From NCBI RefSeq assembly GCF_009914755.1, contig NC_060939.1: a DNA stretch of 64,000 bases; one strand, written 5' to 3'. Source of the DNA: the human T2T-CHM13v2.0 reference genome, Homo sapiens. Positions 39,270 through 52,500 of this stretch are shown one piece after another. Position 1 is the stretch's first letter; each line of letters begins with the position of its first letter. The position numbers and the translations under genes were made by a program. The notes beneath the pieces are model-generated. The model made no database searches. It had not been told where the DNA came from and worked only from the letters and a program-made list of their open reading frames with translations.

Positions 39270-41639
39270 AAAAGAAACAGCGTTTAGATTGCAGAGAGGG
39301 AAAGCCAGGGCATCCTTTGTAGGAGGCACAGGAGCAAAGCACCAGTGCAGGAAAACAGCGTGTTCAGGGAGTTGCGAAGCTTTCTTTTTGACTCCTGGAG
39401 GGTGCATAGGAGCTATGTCAGGAAAGTCAGAGAGACTCTCCTGGAGGTGTCCTGAGGTGTCCACAGCAAGAAATGCAGACCTTGTTCTGGAGTCAGTGGA
39501 GAGCTGCAAAGGTTTTGAGCAGGAAAAGGAGCCGGTCAAGGTGAGGGCCCACGGAGCTCTCTGGCAGGCCTCAGGCAGAGGCTGCTGAGAATGGACTATG
39601 TGGGGAGCCTGTGTGGCCCAGGCCTAGCTCCCAGAGAGGGTGGAAAGCGGGGCGCCTTTGCAATAAATCAATGCTGACATGTGCTGATGAAGACCTAGGA
39701 TTGAGATGTAGTGCTTGGGACTTTATCTCTTTCACAACTGGCTTAGATGGGGTAACAAGAGAGGAGATAAAGGGTCATGTTAATGATTGCAGAAGCAACA
39801 CGGTTCAGGGAAACATCGATACACCTCATCTAATCATTCACCAAGAAAGCATCAACCAGGGAGTTGCGTGAGAGGAGTACAGCTCTGCAGCCCTGTCAAA
39901 CGAGCTGGAGTCCAGATGAGGCCTGGGCTTGGACAAAATGAAAAATGGATTGTTCTCAAAATCTCCTTCAAGCCTCTTCAGGGTCCCCTTGCCCAGTTAC
40001 CATCACATTTACCCTCGAGTGACCAGGCCCCATGGCCACACCCAAATACACCATGTCTCCAGGTGCAGTGTGGCGTAGATGTTAGAATTCCTACAGTGCT
40101 ACTCCCTAGCTGTGAGGCTTTGGGTGACTTAACCTGGTCACTTGAGACCTTGGCAGCAAATGGAGATAAAGGTGACTCCTTTATGAGTAGACTTACTGTT
40201 TGGGAGTCCCCAGGCAGGAAGCTAAAGTAAGTAAAATAGAATAACTTTTATTCTACTGTCTTAGTCTCTTCCTCCAACATTAAAGTAAAAGCTAGTGAAA
40301 TCCTACAAGGCACTGGATTGAGAGTCCCTGTAGGTCCCTGACCTCAACAGCTGCTGGTGTGTGTTCAAAGAGCCCATGTATTTCCCTTTCATGCTGATTC
40401 TAAATACACAGATACTGTTTGCTCATAATACAAAGATATGTCACAATCTGTGAGAACATCTAAACTTATTTTAAAAACTTATAGTAGTGTACTAGGGCGA
40501 GCGTTCCAGAGACTTGCAGGTGTTCTCAGACCAAATTGCTGTTTTCTGAAGAAATTATGTGACATGTTGACACCACTAAAGCAATTCCAAAATGAAACCT
40601 GATTTCAGTACATCTTTCTGATGGTTTGAATGTAAAACAGGTTTATAAAATTTTATTTCCCTTTTGAATCTGGCAATGATCTAATAGGAGTGCTATTATT
40701 GCCTTTTGATATTTTTCCACTGAATTTTAAGCCACTTACATCATATATGTATGGGTATCAAAATAGATCTTCTTATGCTTTCTCATTAGGAATACAAAGT
40801 TCACGACAACTTTTCTTCTCGATAAATCTAATTTTGGGGCTAGAATTTAAGTTTCTATTTTCCTACCAAAGGAAGTAATAATGGCACTCCTGTTAGATCA
40901 TTGCCTATTAAGTAATGAATGCAAATGTTGTAAGACTATGGGAACCATGTTTGTCCCACACGAAACACTAGAGAGTAAAAGTGTGTTAGAGGCAGCACTT
41001 GAATAGAACTGATTCTTATCTGTTCAATTTCCGGTGGGCTTCTCCTGCAATGTTTTCTTAGCTCAGGTAAGTTCCTCATAGCAATGGAAAATAATAGAAT
41101 CGTATTTTGAAACATCTCTGAGTAATTCAGGCTAGGTTTTCTTCCAGCTGGTCTGAACATGTACGGTTTTGTAGGGTGGCATTAAGAATAACATTAAGAA
41201 CAGCCTTGCAGGCATTCTCAAACTATTTAGATCTGCCCCCTTATCATAATTGCCACAAGAGGTGGGATAAATGTGAGAAAAAATAATCAGAGTTCTTCCT
41301 GGCTCAGAACTAAAGCAGATTCATCGAGAAGAAACGGATTGTAATGGAAGCATATTAGAAAGTTTGAAGACTCAACAGGAATGCCTCTGTGAAAACCAGC
41401 GCCATAAAAAATGGAAAACTAACATAAAGCTAAAAGAAAACTTGGTTTGGGGAAACAGAGATAATTCAGGGAAGAGAAATTATCTGATAAGCAAGTAAGA
41501 AAGCTAATAATAACACAAGATAAAACCTAATATCTACAGAAAAATGTAAAAATATATTTTATATGTACATACATACTTAAAAGTTACACCATCCTTTAGG
41601 AACAGTCAAAAAACAAGAAGGTTTGAAGTTTTACTTCAC

Positions 41640-41936
41640 TTTATTTTTATTTTGAGACAGGGTCTCACTCTGTCACCCATGCTGTGAGTACAGTGGCACA
41701 ATCTCAGCTCACCGCAGCCTTGACCTCACAGGCACAGGTGATCCTCCCACCTCAGCCTTCTAAGTAGCTGGGACTACAGGCATGCGCCACCAGACCTGGC
41801 TAATTTTTTGTATTTTTTGTAGAGAAGAGGTTTCACCACGTTGCCCAGGCTGGCCTTGAATTCTGGGCTCAAGCGGTCCACCCACCTTGGCCTCCCAAAG
41901 TGCTGGGATTACAGGTGTGAGCCACCACGCCCTGCT
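41640..41936 (-). mobile_element. AluJ within an old L1M/HAL1-like remnant (~41400-43480)
   Basis: gagacagggtctcactctgtcaccc..ctgggctcaagc; degenerate TSD aaggtttgaagtttt/aaggtttgaaatttt. Confidence 0.93.
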
Positions 41937-42160
41937 AAAAGGTTTGAAATTTTAGAAAGATAAATTAAAATTCTAATAATAGGCCTAAAGTTAAAAGTAC
42001 AAGTGAGTTTTTCATTACAGGAAGCCAAACCACAAATGGATAAGAAATATGACATAAAAGATGAGATGCATCTATCAGTCTAGGAGGCCTATTATCCAAT
42101 TAATAGGTGTTACAGAGAAATTAAGAAAATGAAGAGAAGGGACATATCTAAAATATTAGA

Positions 42161-42208
42161 TCCTGCACATGTATCCTGGAACTTAAAATAAAATTTTAAA
42201 AAATAAAA
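42161..42208 (+). mobile_element. Tiny L1PA 3'-terminal insertion
   Basis: cctgcacatgtatcctggaacttaaaataaa matches the L1PA terminus; TSD taaaatattaga/taaaatactaga. Confidence 0.8.
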
Positions 42209-43624
42209 TAAAATACTAGAAAAAATGTCTCCTAAATAAAAGTTATATGTAAACAGAGAATTATTTTTGCCCAGTAAAATAAAAATTTTGAAAGATCCAC
42301 AACTAAGTACATGATACCAAGAATAAGGAAATATAAAAAGCATCCATAATGTTGAGGTGGGGGGCAGAGTAACTACCTACAAGACAAGAAATGTGCTGAC
42401 ATCAGACTTCTCATGAGCAACACAGGATGTCAGTAGAAACAGGTGGGAAAATGATTTCTTGAAGATGGAATTGTATACCCAAACAAGCTGTCAATCAAAT
42501 GTGATTGGCCTAAATAAAGACATTTTTGGATAAACAAGCCTTCAAAAAACCGCTTCTGACTTTCTTAACCAATTACTTTGGGATCTACTCCGTCAAAAAT
42601 GGATGAGAACAACCCAGAAAGAAAAAGACTGGGATCCAGGAAACAGTGGGTTCAACCTAGGAAATATGTACAGAAAAATCCCAGAAGGATAGCTATATAG
42701 GAGAGAGCAACAGGTCCAATATCAGGTAGGAGAACTTGAGAACTTAGGTGGGAAAAAGATGGGGACTCTGTAATTGTTGGTAGGCTTGAAAGGCTTGGTG
42801 AACTTGAGGTTGTGATCGAGGTACATTCTCCCCTGACCTTTTTTTTGTCAGAAAGGAAAGAAAGAAGGAAGAATAAAAAGAAGGAAAAAAGATATGACAG
42901 ATGTCAGGAAGACCAAATCCTGAACAAGAAAGTAGTAATCCAAATACACGGCAAAGTAAAATGTGACATGATTTTAAGCAACTGACAGAAAGAAAAGAAA
43001 AACCATTTGACCTTGAAGTTATTGTGCCTCCTCTCTTTCAAGTCACCCATAGGTCCCGACATCAGACCTGCAAAGAGAAACATGGAATCCTAGCATATTG
43101 TCCCTCCCTGTAGAGGGCAACGATTAACTGATTATAATAATATAAATGCTTTTCTTATGGGTTACTTTTTAAATCACTTTTTAAAGAGTTATAACTATTT
43201 AAATCACTATGAAACATAAAGAAGAGAAGAGGTAGGAGAATGCAAGGCCATGTGACCTAAATCTCCTTCCATTATAACAAGAAGTCCATGGAATGTTCTA
43301 AAGCTGATGAAATTAGGAAACAGGGATACAAGTGTATTATTCTGGATTATGAAATAAGCCATGGAAGAATGAAAAAGAGAAGCTTCCAGTGAAAGTTTCC
43401 TTAGGGGAATGGAACTAGGGCTTGGAAGAGTTAGGCCAGCAGAGTCACGCTTTTCATTATAAGCTTGCTTATGCTAGTTCACTTTTTAAAAATGAATCAG
43501 TTGTGTCAATAATATCTTTAGGTATGTGTGTGTGAGAGACAGTGTGTGTATGTATGTGTGTTTTCCTTATAGAAAGAACCATATCTCATCTAGCATTGTT
43601 TTCCTATGTCTATCCTGGTAATTG

Positions 43625-43835
43625 GTACAATAACAATAAAATAACAACAATAATAAAGTGCTTCACATACATTATTATTACTCTTTCCACATCTCTGCAA
43701 GACCAACATTATCTTCATTTTTCTGATGAGGAAATGAATGTAAAAGGAGTTTTAAAACAGAAATTGTCCAAGGATATACAACTGATTAAGAAAGGATTTG
43801 AACCTAGGTCTGACTGTTTCTAAGAACTTGGGCTT
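43625..43835 (-). mobile_element. MIR
   Basis: cattttctgatgaggaaa..tgtccaaggatatacaact..ggatttgaacctaggtctgact. Confidence 0.75.
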
Positions 43836-44659
43836 TAAAACAAAACAAAACAAAACAAAATCAGCATTTCAACAAATGATTGTGAAGCAACGAATGCATA
43901 CGAAACTTAAAATTAATGTCGGTTATGTTGTTCCATGCCTCAAAAAATACCATTCTATCTTGCTATAAATATCACCATCTAGATCCAAAATGCTTTTAGA
44001 CTCTTAAACTTACTATGCCTGAAATAACTTGAAGAGGCTATTGTGAAGTAATAAATAAGGTCGAGAGTGAGCCAGTGGGAAAATTTAGATTCTCAGAAGT
44101 AAGTGGAGAGATTTTGTCAAGTAATGGAACAAATTGAAACAATCCACACTGAAGGAACACTGGGTAGTAAGTATATATTGAATCAACCTCAACATTTTCA
44201 GCTTTCTGGACTAAAATATTATTTTCATGCAGATGTAAATGGCACAGGCATTAGGGCTTAATGCACAATTAGTTTGCCTAAGTGGCTGTGTCTTTGAGCC
44301 CAAAGAAGGTCATACAGATGCAAGAGTGTGTCCTGTCGCAATAACATGGCCTGTGTGCCCAGGCTTTACCCTATCAATAAAAATGGTGGTGCACCCCACC
44401 TTATATATGTATTTATATATCATATCCTCTTCTACTTGATCAAGATATGCATTTCAGCACATACACGAAAACAGAGAGGATGAAATAAATACAGTATAAA
44501 AACAGAAGTTCTACTTTTTCCTTTTACCCTTCAATGGGTCTTATGCAACCCCAGCTGTACCCCACTTTGGAGAACACTGGTCTATGGGGTGACTTATCAC
44601 ACACTGAGCAAATAGCCATGAAAACAAGTTGTGTTTAAAAGAAGAAACTATTACAATCA

Positions 44660-44850
44660 GAGCCAACACTTATTAACAACTTACCTTTTGCCAAGCACTA
44701 TTCTAAGCAATTCATATGTTAACTCATTTAATCCTTACAACAACCCTATGGGAAGTTTTACTATTAACCCCTCATTTTACAAAACACAAGATTGAGGCAC
44801 TGAAAGATTAAATAACTCATCTGAGGTTACACAGCTGGTAAGTGTTGGAT
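44660..44850 (-). mobile_element. MIR
   Basis: ctcatttaatccttacaacaaccctatg..cattttacaa..gaggttacacagctggtaagt. Confidence 0.8.
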
Positions 44851-44864
44851 CCAGAATGCCTTTT

Positions 44865-46380
44865 TCTTTTAAATAAACATTTTGTTTTGGAATAATTTTT
44901 TATTTATAGAAAAGCTGCAAAGATGATACAGAGAGTTCCCATATGCCCATCACACAGCTCCCCCATTTGTTAATATCTTACATAACCGTGGTACATTTGG
45001 CAAAATGAAGAAACCAACATTAACCAAAACGCCTGACTTTGAGTTTCACCAGCTTTTCTACTAACGCCCTCTTCCTGTTCCTGAGTCCCAGGGTATCACA
45101 GTAAACTTAATTGTGTTCTTGCCTCATTTTCTTCTGGTCTGTGACAGTTTCTCAGGTTTGCCTTGTTTTTCAAGACCTTAACATTTGTGAGAATGACTAG
45201 TCAGATATTTTGTAGGAATGTTCCTCAATATGAGTTTGTGTGATGTTTTGCTCATGATTGGACTGGGGTTATGAGATTTTGGAAGGAAGATCACGGACTT
45301 GAAGTGCCCTTCTCACCACCTCATATCACAGGTCCATGAGATCAACATGATGTGACCGGTGATGGTATCCTTCATCACTTGATTAAGGTGATGTTTGCCG
45401 GGTCTCTCCACTATGTTACTATTTTTCACATCTATAATCTTTGGAAACAAATTTCTAAGTCTATCCATTCTGGAAAAGGGGGGAGGGAATTCACTTCACT
45501 TTCTGGAGTGAGGGGTATCTACATATATTACCAGAATTGTTCTGTAAAGAAAATGTGTCTCTACTCCACCATTTTATTAAATCAGTTATTTATAGCAATA
45601 ACGACCCATATATATTTATTTTTACATGGTGTTACAGTCCAATACTATGTTATTTATTGTTGCTCAAATTATCCAACTTTGGCCATTGGGTGCTTTCAGG
45701 TTGGCTCCTGTGTCCCTTTGATACACTGCCATCAATGTGGTTGGGATTTTCTTGTTTCCTTTTAATATTTTCTCATTTTCTGGTACCACAAGACACTCCA
45801 GGCTCATTTTGTATATCTCCTGTTTACAGTCTTAGATTGAGCCATTTCTCCGTGTAGCCCTGGTTCCTTTTGTTGGAGGACAGCACTGGAAACCAAGATC
45901 TGGATGCCACGTCTGCTCAATGCTACTGCAGTTTCATTGCTTTTGGGCCCTCTCCATGAACAGAGCAAGGAAATATACGTATGTATGCGAACCCATGTAT
46001 ACACACATCTCTATAACTGTTTCGATGTCTATATATATTAAGCTAAACATGAGTGCATATTAACAGTCTTTAATCCAGGAGCACAGGGTTCATTTTAGCC
46101 TTTCTGGGCTGCTTATATGTAACTTCCCTCTATGATAGTGAGAAAACTGGTTCCCATCATCTACCATCCATTTACTTATTTTTCAACCCTACCTACAGAT
46201 AAAGAGTTTCAGAATCATTAAACTGTAAGAAACTTACCAAGAAAAGTACAATGTTTCTGTCTACTTCCTTTAGCCTTTAGCCTCTAGCCTCACAGTTTCT
46301 TGCTAAAATCACTTTTTCCAGTCACTTAGGTCAGCTCCTCTTTTCCCCCAAACCCCCTTCAGTGCTGTTATATCATACAC
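44865..46380 (-). mobile_element. L1MC-like 3' region (resumes ~47037-47080)
   Basis: ttttggaataattt..gcaaagatgatacagagagttccc..tgagccatttctcc..gaaaccaagatctgg. Confidence 0.8.
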
Positions 46381-47036
46381 TGTGCACCAGTCAGGATTCT
46401 GCCAGAGAAACACAGCCACAGAACCAGTAGGATATGGAGATATACACACACATGCAGACACACACACACAGTTTCTTGGCTTACAGGTGGCCATCTTATT
46501 CCTGTGTCTTCATATCACTTTCCTTCTATGCAGGTTTGTGTCCAAATTTTCCCCTTTTTATAAAAAAGGTTATAGCCTTATTGGATCAGGGCCCACCCTC
46601 ATCACCTCATCTTGATCATCTGGGAAACTCCTATTTCCAAATAAAATCACATTCACAGGTACTGGGAGTGAGGGCTTCAACATCTTTTGGGGGTATGCAG
46701 TTCAACTCCTTATAATAGACAAACCTGAAGTCCACAGGACCCAAAGTCACCAAAGTCAGGAAGTGTAGGCTGGAAAGTCTTAGGCAGGAGCTGAAGCTGC
46801 TATCCCCAGGTAGAATTTCTCCTTTAGAAAAGACTCAGTTCTGCTCTTAAGGCTTTTCATCTGATTATGACCCCTCCCTCAAATTATCTAATATAACCTT
46901 TCTTATTTAAAGTCAACTGATTAGGGACTTTAATCACATCTACCAAATACCTTCACAGAAACATCTAGATTAGTGTTTAACTGAATAGCAGGGGACTGTA
47001 GCCCAGCCAAGCTGACACATAAAACTGACCATCTCA
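46381..47036 (-). mobile_element. MLT2-like LTR with a nested MLT1 fragment (~46470-46716)
   Basis: ccagagaaacac..agaaccagtaggata; tatttaaagtcaactgattaggg..ccaagctgacacataaaactgaccatc. Confidence 0.75.
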
Positions 47037-47561
47037 CATTGTAATACATTTAGATGCATTTTCCCTAGTCTGCATTCCACAGCATGCCTTCTGAGGTCAG
47101 AGAATATACAAAGCAAGTCTAGAAGCTGCTGTGACTATGAGCGTCAACGGTGAAATCTTAGGCATCTACTTCATGCCAGACTTGTTCCACATGCTTTATC
47201 TCAGTTAATCCTTTGAGGAGCCCTGTCAGTTAGGTTGTCAGCCTTACTCAGTGAAGAAGGAGAGGAAGAGAGACCTGCAGTGGCAGAAGCAGGACTGAAA
47301 CTGAGGCAGGTCTGTTTGGCGCCAAACCTTTGGGGTTTAAAACCTTAACCACAATGCTGCAGAACTGTCTCTCTGATTCCCAGTTGGGTCTTTTTAAACA
47401 TACACAAGAAAAACTCCAGGGGAATGATGACTAAGCATCTTAAGGTCATGTGATTTGCATTTACCAAAAATAATTTCACATATTAAATGCAGTGCATCAG
47501 GTATTTTTATGTAAGGACAAATTTCCTGCATAACATACAACTGACTATCTGAACCATTTTT

Positions 47562-47862
47562 CTCTTTTTTTTTTTTTTTTTTTAGACAGAGTCTCACGTT
47601 GTCGTCCAGGCTGGAGTGCGGCGATCTCAGCTCACTGCAACTTCCACCTCCCTGGTTCAAGCAATTCCCCTGCCTCAGCCTCCTGAGTAGCTCGGATTAC
47701 AGGTGCACAGCACCATGCCCGGCTACTTTTTTTGTATTTTTAGTAGAGATGGGGTTTCACCATGTTGGCCAGACTGGTCTCAAACTCCTGATCTCACCCA
47801 ATTCCCCTGCCTCAACCTCCCAAAGTGCTGGGATTACAAGCGTGGGCCACCGTGCCCAGACC
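47562..47862 (-). mobile_element. AluS
   Basis: Antisense dimer; TSD tgaaccattttt. Confidence 0.95.
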
Positions 47863-48610
47863 TGAACCATTTTTAAGTTTACAGTTTTCCTTTTGTCTTT
47901 TGAGGTTAAAAAGGCTTAGGTATTCTACAAACAACAAATGTCCCTCTAAAGTTGTTTAGTTTATGATTAAGGCTGTGATGAAACCTTCCCGGGCTAATAG
48001 CAAGAAGGAGAACCTGGAATAAGAAGAATGCAATGGGCTTTGCAAGGTGGAGGGCAATGGACTTTGCAAGGCATGTGCTGTAGGAGGACCAGCTTCCCCC
48101 AGGCATTGCATCTGCACCGTGGACGTGTTGGTGGCAGCTCTTGGCCAGGTGGCAGAGATCAAGTATCCACCAGGGCCCTAACAAACCTCTACAACATTCT
48201 GTCAAGACACAGTGCGAAGTACTGTACAATTTTCTCTTCATACCTTCTTGATCTTTGAATTATTGTCAAGTCCTCAAGTGAGGATCTTGATAATCGGCCA
48301 AACAAAAGCAGAAACAACACTTAGGTGGGTATGGATCACCAGGACAGCAGTTAAGGAAAGCAATCCCCACCAACCTCCTCCCTGCTGGCAACAAAGGATC
48401 ACAGTTCTGAAGCTTAGTCATTAACTAGCCTGGCGACCCCAACAATGTCCAAACCCTGGGTGGGGTCACGTTTTACACTTCTCAACACCCTATATATGTT
48501 TGAACAGAAAGGGACTATTTGTTAGAAAGGGTTACATGGCAGTTTCCTTAAAATAGCTACAAAAACAGGGGGCAGAGTCTTAGGGCAGTGGAAGGAGCCT
48601 CCAGTGCACA

Positions 48611-48797
48611 CCTTCTCACCTGCTGCTCTCACCTGCTCACCAGCAGCTGTCCCCTGCTTGCCTGAAACAGTCACCTGCTCACCGGCTGCCCTTTTACCTG
48701 TTCACCTGAAACTCTCACCTGCTCACCTGAAACTCTCACCTGCTCAGCTGCAGTTCTTACCTGCTCACCTGCAGCTCTCTCCTGTTCATCTGCAGCT
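48611..48797. repeat. Degenerate 21-bp minisatellite (~8.5 units, consensus CTCACCTGCTCACCTGMARCT)
   Basis: Units parsed by hand, e.g. ctcacctgctcacctgaaact, ctcacctgctcagctgcagtt, cttacctgctcacctgcagct. Confidence 0.9.
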
Positions 48798-49544
48798 CTG
48801 CTCCACAGGTCAGACACTAATATTAAGGAGCAAGTGAAATTGTCAGGATGGAACAAGCAATTTCACAATGCTGGAAATCTGTTCATCCTACTGCAAGTCA
48901 CCCACACTACCTACCCTCCACAAATGAGACCTAATTCTTTGCCCTCCATGGTATCCACAGTTACTGCTCAAAGACCAATGGGAATAATAGTGACCCAACT
49001 CTATCCCAGATACCCTTGGGCATCTTCAGGAAATCCTCTCTTGCTTTCCAGCCAGAATCTGAGATCTGTCTGAGAAGAGCAGAATGAAATTATCCCTTTT
49101 CTGCTGAAGGAGCTAGCCTAGAGTCAAGGGTGTTACAATGTGAGGCTAATTACTGTAGCCTTTTAACATTCTTTTCTCTGAGGCCCTCCTGGGAAGGATA
49201 AAATAAAATGCTGCATAATAATAGGTGAAATGAACGGTGAACTGGGAACCTTCACTTGCTGCATGACCTTGGACAAAGTAGTTGACCCAGACTTGCAATC
49301 TCATTAACACAAAGGGAAAAAGAGAGAAAAAGGCCCCTTTCTTTTTTTTTCACCAGAGCATGGGGCATCAGAGAGGAGCCAGGATGGGTCAGAGAGGACC
49401 CTCCTACTAAATAGACCTGGGGAGGTGGCACAGCCTTGTTGGAGACACAATGCTTGGCTGTATAGCTTTGGATTCTCCATTATGGAACCCCTTACATTTT
49501 CCTGAGAACTTCTGTTCATTTGAAAGTCTCAGTTTTATTTTCCC

Positions 49545-52090
49545 TACAGACGTTTTGTTTTAATTGCAAGCCATATCATACATACAAAAGTGTAAAGAAA
49601 GCTTATGTACAGTTTAGAAACTAATAATAAAATGAACACCAGTGTATTTACCTTTCAGGACAGAAATAAAATCTTACCATACCTTGGAATTCTTACATGC
49701 CTCATTCTGGTCACAGTTTCCTCCTTCTTCCAAGAGCTAACTGCTAGCCTGATTTTTGTGTTAACTGTTCTCTCTTGCCTTTTCTTATCACCTGTGACTA
49801 TAACTCTAAAAAGACATTGATAAATTGTTTGATATTTAGATCACTACAGTCATGCTGTTATGAATTCATCTATTACCTGCTTCTTGTGATTAATTTTATG
49901 GTTTTAAGATATCTTCATGTCTTTTAGGGTAGCTGTGTGCAGTTCACTCGTTGCCACTGCTATATCATATTCCTTCATACACTGAATTGAATATATCACA
50001 ATGTATTTATTCATTCTGTCACTAATGGGCATTGGGTTGTTTCCAGTTTGGAGCCGTTAAGAGTGATACAGCCATGAATTTCTCTTGCATATGTCTCCTG
50101 GAACGCGTGTATAAGATTGTCTACAGATAGGAGTAGAATTGCTGTGTCATAGAGTATGTGAATGTTCAACTTTACTAGGAATTGTAGGCAGTATTACTCT
50201 GTTTTTCATAGTGGCTTACCAATTTATACAAGCAGTTAATAAGAGTTCCCATGGCTTTACACCCTCCAAAGCACTCTAAATTGTCAACTTTGTTGTGGTT
50301 TTTGCCAATTTGGTGACAGAAGATGGTTTCTCACTGTAGTTTTCGCTGGTAATTCCCTGGTTAATGCTAAGATTGGGCATCTTTTTATATGACTCTGAGT
50401 CATACGTGTGTTCCTTTTCTGTAAAATGCCTGTTCGTGTCTTTTGCTCACTATTCTACAGTCACTTGTTTTGTTGTTTTTTCTTCATAAGAATTATTTTA
50501 CATTCAGCAAGTCCTTTGTGATTATATGTTGCAAATATCTTCTCTCCATTTTTATCATCTTTCTGCTCATTATTCCTTTTTGTATCTCAGATATTTCCCC
50601 TTGGACCATTTCCTCCTGCCTGAAGTATATTGTGCACAATTTTCTTTAGTGGGAAACTTCTGGTCATACATAATGTTTCATTTGTTTGTTTTATTTGAAA
50701 TATCTTGATTTTGCCGATTTTTAAACATTATTTGGCTAGGTATAGAATTTTTGTTAGGAATTATTTTCTCAGTGGAGATATTATTCCACTGCCCTCTGGC
50801 TTCCATTATTGTGGGTGGGAAGTCATCAGTAACATTAACTGTCATTCTTTTGTAGAGGGTCCACCTTTTCTCTCTGGCTGCTTTTAGGGTCATCTCTTTT
50901 TATTTACTCTGTACTGAGTATGGCTATATCTAAGTATGACATATGGAGGTAAATTTTTCTTTTATTTATCCTCCTTCAGATTTGTTGACAATTAGTGTCT
51001 TTCAAGAGTTCTGGAAAATTCTCAGCCATTACCACTTAGAATAAAATCCCTTCCCCACATACAGCTAAAGCGTCTCATTTTTCTTCTTTTTCCACTTTTT
51101 CTCATATTTTTAATTTACTTCTCAAATTTATAACCATAATAATTTCATCGCATCCATCTTCATTATTTCTTTCTAACTGTATCTAATTTTCAGGTTACTC
51201 CACCCATTGAGGTTTTAATTTCAATTATTATATTTTTATTTTTAGAAATTATGTTCGGTTCTTTTACAAACCTGTTTCCTCCCTAGTGAAATTTTCAAGA
51301 TCCCTCTTTACATCTTCAAATGTATTTTGCATAGTCACTCTACTTTTGGTATTCAATAAATGCAGTATTTGAAGCTCTTGCTGATCTATTTTTACTACCT
51401 GGGTTTTTTTTTCCTACTGATTCTCTCATTCATAATGTTTTATTTCCTTATGTGTTTTGTAATGGTTGGCTTTAAGCTTCTCACTTTCCTTGGACATTTA
51501 TCTGTGGAAATTCTGAAAGACAGCAAGATTCCTCCAGAATATATTCATATTCATTCAGTTGGTCACACGAGGTAGTACCAAACTGAGGAACACTTTAAAT
51601 TTTCAGAGTTAAATATTTAGGACCAAATGTGTTGTATGAATTTGAACTGCAAATGCAAAGTAGTCTGTTTGTGCCAGCAAAATTATTATCTGACCTGAGA
51701 CAGACTTTTCTTGGACCTCTTTCTCTTTTCACCAAAAACTTGTATTCCTTTGGGACCCCAGCTTTATTTAAGATTCTACTATGAGATACTGTACTCTGGT
51801 TAAGCTCTGGACTTCAACTCTGTCTCCTATCCCTATACGATCTCCAAAACAGAAGCCCAAGGCTCTGGCACTGGGTGGAAATTTCCAGGCTGAAAGCAAG
51901 ATTTGGTATTCGTTTACCTCCCAGGGTTCTTTGTTTCAGTTTGTTTGGCACTCAGAGGATTTCTTACTTCCATATAAGCTCACAAAGCATTTTTAAAAAT
52001 TTTTAAAAATTTACTTTATTCAGCATTTGAGTTGTTTTGGAAGGGAAAATGTTCTGGCTATCTAATTCACTGTATCACTGAAAACAGAAA
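49545..52090 (-). mobile_element. Ancient antisense L1M/HAL1-like pieces (3' region, then ORF1/5' region)
   Basis: gggttgtttccagtttgg, gtagaattgctgtgtcatag, ttctggaaaattctcagccatt; ORF 50678-50893 resembles L1 ORF1 (LKAAREK..MEARGQWNNI). Confidence 0.75.
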
Positions 52091-52324
52091 TAGTCAAGCT
52101 GGTTTATTTTTAGCCAAAGCTAATTTCCAGATTGCTCTGCACCTGTGAACCTGAACCAATTTGCATGAATGTGCCTTCCTTTTCTAGCTGAAAAGAATTT
52201 CCAAAGAGGAAAATCAATGGAGTTCTGTTGGAGGAAAACCAGTAGCATGCCAGTCTACCTGTCCTAGTGACTCCCAGAATGATGATTCTAACCTACGTTT
52301 GAAACTGTCATGGCAAATGCACTG

Positions 52325-52500
52325 ATAATAATAGCTAATGTTCCCAGGTAAGGCATATTGTCACTTACCAAACACTAAGTGCATTATACATATTACCTCA
52401 ATTTTCACAACAACTCTCTGACATAGGCATTATTATTAGCTCCATTTTACAGATGAGGAAACTGAAGGGCAAAATGGTTGAATAATTTTCCCAAAGAATG
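52325..52500 (-). mobile_element. MIR
   Basis: ataataatagcta..ccattttacagatgaggaaactga. Confidence 0.8.

Noticed and set aside
48604-48856. ORFs with repeating SPAHLKL / EQVR peptides
   Set aside because: Consequence of the 21-bp (7-codon) repeat period; no coding evidence
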